A stretch of DNA of 64,000 nucleotides, taken from contig JBAXUE010000001.1 in the NCBI GenBank assembly GCA_037129835.1, positions 26,085-90,084 on the forward strand, read 5' to 3'. Below, one piece after another: positions 58,680 through 64,000 of the stretch. The stretch's first letter is position 1, and every line of letters begins with the position of its first letter. A model generated the notes under the pieces. That model searched no databases. It was not told the origin of the DNA and worked only from the letters and a program-made list of their open reading frames with translations. The stretch comes from a bacterium. GTDB taxonomy: Bacteria > Patescibacteriota > CPR2 > UBA1875 > CAIMLA01. The position numbers were made by a program, and so were the translations under genes.

Positions 58680-59108
58680 TTAATCTTGTGAAGTGATGGT
58701 ATAGGTTTTGTTTGGGGCGGTGCCAGTAACATTAGCATCATTTAGGTTCTGGTTCTTAAGCGTAAACTCAAGAGTGTAACCTTCTGATGGGTCTGTTAGA
58801 TGGGTGTAGGTAATACCGTCCACATCAAGCGTAGATTTTACGTATGCTGTTTTGCCATCTGTCGTATCGGTCAGGATGGTTTTCAAAGCCTCAGCTGTTG
58901 CAGCATCAGGGTATGTAGAATCATTATCGCTATAATATTGGGCCAACCCTGGTTCTAGGCCATCTTTTACCGCTGAAATATGGTTAGTGTCATAGGCCTT
59001 GTTGGTTGACGTGACATAAAGGGCAAATCCACCTCCAGCTAAAATGACGATAATAACCATTACGATCAGTAACTCAATAAGAGTAAAACCACTTTTTTGA
59101 TTTATCAT
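58680..59108 (-). CDS. Putative major type IV pilin
   Basis: KSGFTLIELLIV; strong SD GGAGGGAGGTG; own terminator. Confidence 0.85.
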   Translation of the reverse strand: MINQKSGFTLIELLIVMVIIVILAGGGFALYVTSTNKAYDTNHISAVKDGLEPGLAQYYSDNDSTYPDAATAEALKTILTDTTDGKTAYVKSTLDVDGITYTHLTDPSEGYTLEFTLKNQNLNDANVTGTAPNKTYTITSQD

Positions 59109-59177
59109 TTTTTTCACCTCCCTCCTAATATATTTTAATTTGATTATACACAGTATAACCACATTAAGACAAGTAGA

Positions 59178-60386
59178 TTAAACCATCCCGGTGACTGCAT
59201 ATATCGGTCCAATAATAGCTATTATTAAGTATCCCACCATAATACCGATAAATATCATGATAAGTGGCTCGAGAAGCACTGTTAGATTTCTGCTCATATT
59301 CTCGACTTCGCTATCATAAAAATCAGCTACTTTGTTTAGTATCTTGTCCAGAGAGCCAGTTTCTTCACCTACAGATATCATCTGGGTTACAAGTAGCGGA
59401 ATCACTTCAAAGTTTTTGAAAGTTTCGCCTATGGAAGAACCGTTTTTGACCTTTTCGGCTGATTTTTCGAGTGCTTCTTTAAACAAAATGTTTTGCGACG
59501 AATTTGCGATTATTTGAAGAGATTCAACTATACCGACACCACTATTTAATAATGATCCCAGAGTTCTTGAAAACCTAGCTATGTTCATCTTGGTGGTAAG
59601 ACTCCCGACAACTGGAGTTTTTAAAACCATAGAATGAATAAAATATTTAAATTTATAATTGTGTTTTAGGGCATAGCGATATCCGATGACTACGCTGACA
59701 ATAACTAATAGGGTTATAACCCCATATTTTGTGAGCGCATCTGACAAAAATATCAGAGATTTTGTGGTAAAGGGCAGTTCGCCGCCCATTTCATTGAACA
59801 TGTCCTGAAGAGTTGGGACGATTGTGACTAACATAAATATCATTGCACAAACCATCCCGATGAAAATAACCGCAGGATATATCATCGCACCACGTATTTT
59901 AGATATCAGTGCCTTATCTTTTACCATTTGGTCAGCTAATCTGTTTAGGGATTCGTCTAAGGTACCACCGATCTCCCCTGATTTAACCATGCTGACAAAT
60001 ATCGGACTGAAAACTAAGGGATGTTTTTCTATAGCTACCGATAGGGGCAATCCGCCCTCGACATCTTTTGTAATTATTGCGATTGTTTCTTTAAACCTTT
60101 TATTTTTTGTCTGTTTTTCCAGCATTGCTAGGGATTGTGATATTGGAACACCCGCACTTACAAGAGTAGCTAATTCTTGAGAAAAAAGTACTTTTTCTGA
60201 GAGTGGAATTATGCTGTAGTGGTCTATTATTTTAGAGAGGCTAAATTTTTCATTTGTCGTAATGGTTACTGGGGTTAGGCCTTGATTTTCCAAGGAAATA
60301 ACAGCATCGTCACGTGTACCTATTTCTATCGTGCCATGAGTTACTTTTCCATTTTTATTTTTAGCTGTATAATCAAAAGTTGCCAT
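59178..60386 (-). CDS. pilC: Type IV pilus platform protein PilC
   Basis: GEIGGTL, AMIYP, GEETGSL, LEP. Confidence 0.93.
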   Translation of the reverse strand: MATFDYTAKNKNGKVTHGTIEIGTRDDAVISLENQGLTPVTITTNEKFSLSKIIDHYSIIPLSEKVLFSQELATLVSAGVPISQSLAMLEKQTKNKRFKETIAIITKDVEGGLPLSVAIEKHPLVFSPIFVSMVKSGEIGGTLDESLNRLADQMVKDKALISKIRGAMIYPAVIFIGMVCAMIFMLVTIVPTLQDMFNEMGGELPFTTKSLIFLSDALTKYGVITLLVIVSVVIGYRYALKHNYKFKYFIHSMVLKTPVVGSLTTKMNIARFSRTLGSLLNSGVGIVESLQIIANSSQNILFKEALEKSAEKVKNGSSIGETFKNFEVIPLLVTQMISVGEETGSLDKILNKVADFYDSEVENMSRNLTVLLEPLIMIFIGIMVGYLIIAIIGPIYAVTGMV

Positions 60387-60389
60387 TTT

Positions 60390-62231
60390 TTACTCTCTAG
60401 TTACTCTTAGGACTTCTTCGACGCATGTTATACCTTCAAGAGCTTTTAAAAAACCATCTTGTTGCATAGTAATCATCCCCTTATCTATGGCCATGCGTTG
60501 AATTACTTCCGAGGTAGCGTGTCCGACAATTAATTTTCCGATTTCTTCATCAACTTCTAAGACCTCGTATATTCCCATTCTTCCTAGGTAGCCAGAGTTA
60601 TCACACTTATTGCAACCTTTTGAGCGGTATAGTGTTAGTGATGTTTTATCTTTTGAGGTGATAATTTGTTTAGATTTGTCTTTTTTTGATTCCTCAAGAA
60701 ATATGTTATCTCTTTGAATCTCTTTGTTTGTTTTTATTTTGTCTAATTTTCCTGCTTTCGCGCTCTTTAAAACAAATTCTTTTCGTAGGCCAAAATTATT
60801 AATTATATCTTGCAGTACTTTCTCGTCAGGCTGATAGGGCTCTAGACAATGAGGGCAAAGTTTCCTAACCAGGCGTTGACCAATAACAGCATTTACGGTA
60901 CTGGCAATCAGAAATGGTTCTACTTCCATGTCGAGTAATCTTGGTAAACATCCAGCCGCGTTGTTTGTGTGTAGGGTCGACAAAACGACATGGCCAGTTA
61001 GCGCAGCATGGACTGCCATTTCTGCGGTTTCTCCGTCTCTGATTTCACCAACCATAATAATATCAGGATCTTGCCTTAGTAGGGCCCTTAAACCTGAGGC
61101 AAAGGTCATTCCTACCTTAGTATTTACCTGGGTTTGGTTAACCCCTTGAACCCGGTATTCGACAGGGTCCTCTACTGTAGAAATGTTTACCCCCATAATA
61201 TTTTGTGCAGATAATACACTATAAAGAGTGGTAGATTTACCAGATCCTGTAGGTCCCGTAACTAGTAACATCCCATGTGGTTTTTTGAGCGCTTTTTCTA
61301 TGGCAGTAAGTGCTTGACCCTTGTAGCCGAGCTCTTCAAGGGTTTGTGCTCTTGAGGTCTCGTCCAGCAAGCGCATCACAATTTTTTCACCATCCATTAC
61401 CGGTAGAGTAGAGACACGGATAGAGGTATTTTGGTTATTTAGTTGTAATTTAATACGGCCGTCCTGGGGTATTCTGTGCTCATCTATTCTTAGGTTCGAT
61501 AGTATTTTAATCCTAGATGCTATTGATGCTGCTAGTTGTCTTGGTAGGGTCATAGTGTCTTTTAGAACTCCATCTATGCGGTATCTGACTTGAATGAAGT
61601 TTTCTCTTGGTTCGATGTGGATATCTGAGGCTCTAGATTTTATCGCGTACTCAATCAATATATTTACCGCTCTTGCGATTGGCGCTTCAGAAATGATCGC
61701 TTCGACATTATCGGCAGAAGCATTTTCGTCTAGTTCTTCTTTTGCAATCGATATCTCTTCTTCAGTCTCTTTTATTGCTTTTGATATTTCAGTGTTTAGA
61801 CCTTCCTTGAATAATTCAAGAGTGTTGTTTATGTCGGTATTTGTTGCGATGAAAACCTTGCAGTCATAACCACATTGTTTTTGGATTGATTGTAGCGCCT
61901 CTACATCATTTGGGTCGGTCATCGCAACCTTTAGGTGCCCGTCTTCTTCCCCAAATACTACTGCTTGATAGCGCTTGGATACCCTTTCAGGTATTTTATC
62001 GAGTATTTCTTTAGAAACCTGTATTTCGCTTAGATCAATAAAGGGGATCCCGATTTCTTCAGAATACAATTTTGTGAAATCTTTTACGTTAAGTATCTTT
62101 TTTTGGTATATAAGATCCAAAAGTGACTCGCTATTTTGATCGGCGAGTTTGGATATTTCGTCTATTTTTTCATTGGTGGCAACATTGTTCTTGACCAACA
62201 ATTTTTTTAGTTCATCATTTGAAAGATTCAT
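60390..62231 (-). CDS. pilB: Type IV pilus extension ATPase PilB
   Basis: ASDIHIEP, GPTGSGKST, LRQDPD, CPHC/CNKC. Confidence 0.95.
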   Translation of the reverse strand: MNLSNDELKKLLVKNNVATNEKIDEISKLADQNSESLLDLIYQKKILNVKDFTKLYSEEIGIPFIDLSEIQVSKEILDKIPERVSKRYQAVVFGEEDGHLKVAMTDPNDVEALQSIQKQCGYDCKVFIATNTDINNTLELFKEGLNTEISKAIKETEEEISIAKEELDENASADNVEAIISEAPIARAVNILIEYAIKSRASDIHIEPRENFIQVRYRIDGVLKDTMTLPRQLAASIASRIKILSNLRIDEHRIPQDGRIKLQLNNQNTSIRVSTLPVMDGEKIVMRLLDETSRAQTLEELGYKGQALTAIEKALKKPHGMLLVTGPTGSGKSTTLYSVLSAQNIMGVNISTVEDPVEYRVQGVNQTQVNTKVGMTFASGLRALLRQDPDIIMVGEIRDGETAEMAVHAALTGHVVLSTLHTNNAAGCLPRLLDMEVEPFLIASTVNAVIGQRLVRKLCPHCLEPYQPDEKVLQDIINNFGLRKEFVLKSAKAGKLDKIKTNKEIQRDNIFLEESKKDKSKQIITSKDKTSLTLYRSKGCNKCDNSGYLGRMGIYEVLEVDEEIGKLIVGHATSEVIQRMAIDKGMITMQQDGFLKALEGITCVEEVLRVTRE

Positions 62232-62314
62232 TTCCCTCCATGCAGTGTTTTTGCCATAGTTGACATTGTTCATGCAATGAAATGCATTTCTGCTATACTT
62301 ATTCTAACAAAAAT

Positions 62315-63388
62315 ATGAAAACAAGTGAATTCGATTATCAACTCCCTAGCGATTTAATCGCAATGCATCCGAGCGAACCAAGGGATTCTGCTCGGTTACT
62401 TGTGGTTAATAAGGAAAGCAAGAATATTAAAGACTCAGTTTTCAGAGAATTAGATCAAATGCTCGGTATAAACGATGTTTTAGTATTAAATAATTCCAAA
62501 GTAATCCCAGCTAGATTATTCGGTAATCTCAAAGACAAAATATTTGAGTTGCTCTTGGTAAAGCAAGTTACAGAAAATCGATGGGAATGTTTCGTGCGGA
62601 ATGGTAAAAAACTCATAATAGGGGATATCCTAGTTTTCGGTGAAGATTTAACGGGCAAATATATTAAACGAAATGAAGAAATATTTTATTTTGAGTTTAA
62701 TTATATGGGAAAGGAACTTTTAGAAAAAATCTCAAAAGTGGGGGAGATGCCTATACCGCCATACATTTTAAAGGCGAGACATGAAAAGCATGATGAAAGT
62801 GTCGATGACTTCGATTATCAGACAGTGTATGCAAAAGCCTACGGCTCTGTAGCAGCCCCTACAGCGGGTTTACATTTTACAGAAGACTTATTGACTAGAC
62901 TTATGAAAAGGGGCGTCCAGATAGAGTATGTGACCCTACACGTAGGTTTGGGGACGTTCCAACCACTGAATACCGACAAAGTAGAAGATTTTGCAATTCA
63001 CAGTGAATATTATGAGATTAGTCCAGATACGGCAAAGAGGTTAAATGACGCCAAGATTGCCGGTAAAAGGATAATAGCAGTTGGCACCACGTCAGTTCGG
63101 GTTCTAGAAAGTGCTGCTACCGATATTAAGACTTGTGGTTTTATTAACTCAAGGGGGCTCAAATATGCATTATTACCCAAGTCAGGCGAAACCAGTATCT
63201 ATATCTATCCAGGTTATGAGTACAAATTTGTCGATGCGATGATTACGAACTTCCATCTGCCAAAGTCCTCACTATTACTACTTGTTTCGGCTTTTGCAAG
63301 CACAGAATTAATCAAAAAATCATATGAGCATGCCATAAGCGAGAAGTATCATTTTTATTCTTATGGTGACGCGATGTTCATTTGTTGA
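62315..63388 (+). CDS. queA: S-adenosylmethionine:tRNA ribosyltransferase-isomerase QueA
   Basis: YQTVYA, AAPTAGLHF, LHVGLGTF, TNFHLP, SYGDAM. Confidence 0.96.
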   Translation: MKTSEFDYQLPSDLIAMHPSEPRDSARLLVVNKESKNIKDSVFRELDQMLGINDVLVLNNSKVIPARLFGNLKDKIFELLLVKQVTENRWECFVRNGKKLIIGDILVFGEDLTGKYIKRNEEIFYFEFNYMGKELLEKISKVGEMPIPPYILKARHEKHDESVDDFDYQTVYAKAYGSVAAPTAGLHFTEDLLTRLMKRGVQIEYVTLHVGLGTFQPLNTDKVEDFAIHSEYYEISPDTAKRLNDAKIAGKRIIAVGTTSVRVLESAATDIKTCGFINSRGLKYALLPKSGETSIYIYPGYEYKFVDAMITNFHLPKSSLLLLVSAFASTELIKKSYEHAISEKYHFYSYGDAMFIC

Positions 63389-63477
63389 GTGACCTATGGT
63401 CGAAGTTTTGTTTACAAGAAGTAGTACTGTGTTATTTTAAATCAGAAAGTAGCGGTCGGTTGTCAGAGAAATAGTTT

Positions 63478-64000
63478 TTAGATATTTTCAAATACTTTGA
63501 TATCGAGGCTAGGTCTATAAGTAATAATGCCTTCCTTAAGAACGTGATGTGCATGGCCAGTATAGACATCATCTGTAATTTCTCGACCTAGTATATCTTG
63601 TTCATAATCAAGGTAGCCTTTAGTCGGCTTGATCACAGAAGACAATTGTCCTGTAAGTGCGTCCATATCGCCTTCGTGTTTAGATGCAAAGTCCTCTAAC
63701 CGGACGGTCGTGTCGTTATATACGATAATACCTTTTGGTATATTCCCAGAGGCCACTATCATTTTTTGCCAGATTTTCTTGTCTTTCCTAGGTACAAGTA
63801 TGAAAATATCGGCCAGTGAATCTTCTATGGGCCCCACCGAACTGTCTTGTCCTTCGAAATCCTCTTTAGCTTTAGATAAGTCAGTATAATTACAGTTTGT
63901 TATATATTGTCGCACTTCTTGGTTGTCTAGCATTCTGAATATATCCGCGACTGATTCTGCCTTTGATAGTAATTCATGGCTTTTAAGTCGGCCTGTGTCT
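63478..64000 (-). CDS. Hypothetical protein, 5-prime end beyond the right edge
   Basis: Frame of the 63478-63933 ORF stays open to the window end. Confidence 0.6.
   Translation of the reverse strand, partial: DTGRLKSHELLSKAESVADIFRMLDNQEVRQYITNCNYTDLSKAKEDFEGQDSSVGPIEDSLADIFILVPRKDKKIWQKMIVASGNIPKGIIVYNDTTVRLEDFASKHEGDMDALTGQLSSVIKPTKGYLDYEQDILGREITDDVYTGHAHHVLKEGIITYRPSLDIKVFENI

Overview
AT-rich bacterial chromosome segment, most consistent with a Patescibacteria/CPR genome (inference from the gene repertoire: type IV pilus without a secretin, split ComEC, group 3b-like NiFe hydrogenase, many acidic orphan proteins). Recognisable core loci are the sulfhydrogenase-type hydrogenase operon, hrcA-grpE-dnaK-dnaJ with tandem CIRCE sites, three tRNAs, yebC-ruvCAB, an LPxTG subtilase, pilMNO, pilB-pilC-pilins, queA and queH. 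Many native genes look leaderless (TAnnnT-N6-ATG). The standout region is 27.2-31.0 kb. It appears to be one roughly 3.7-kb, more GC-rich transcription unit divergent from a TrmB-family regulator, with two candidate TGTCA-N10-T[G/T]ACA operators. It carries seven small membrane or lipoprotein ORFs with strong, mostly hairpin-hidden Shine-Dalgarno sites. The ORFs are separated by nearly continuous RNA hairpins rich in G-U pairs, including a duplicated 72-nt pseudoknot-like module, duplicated CsrA-type ACGGAU hairpins in front of two related peptides, recurring CCAAA loops, and a roughly 730-nt structured stretch with no credible ORF. All structures were read by eye; no folding or database search was run.
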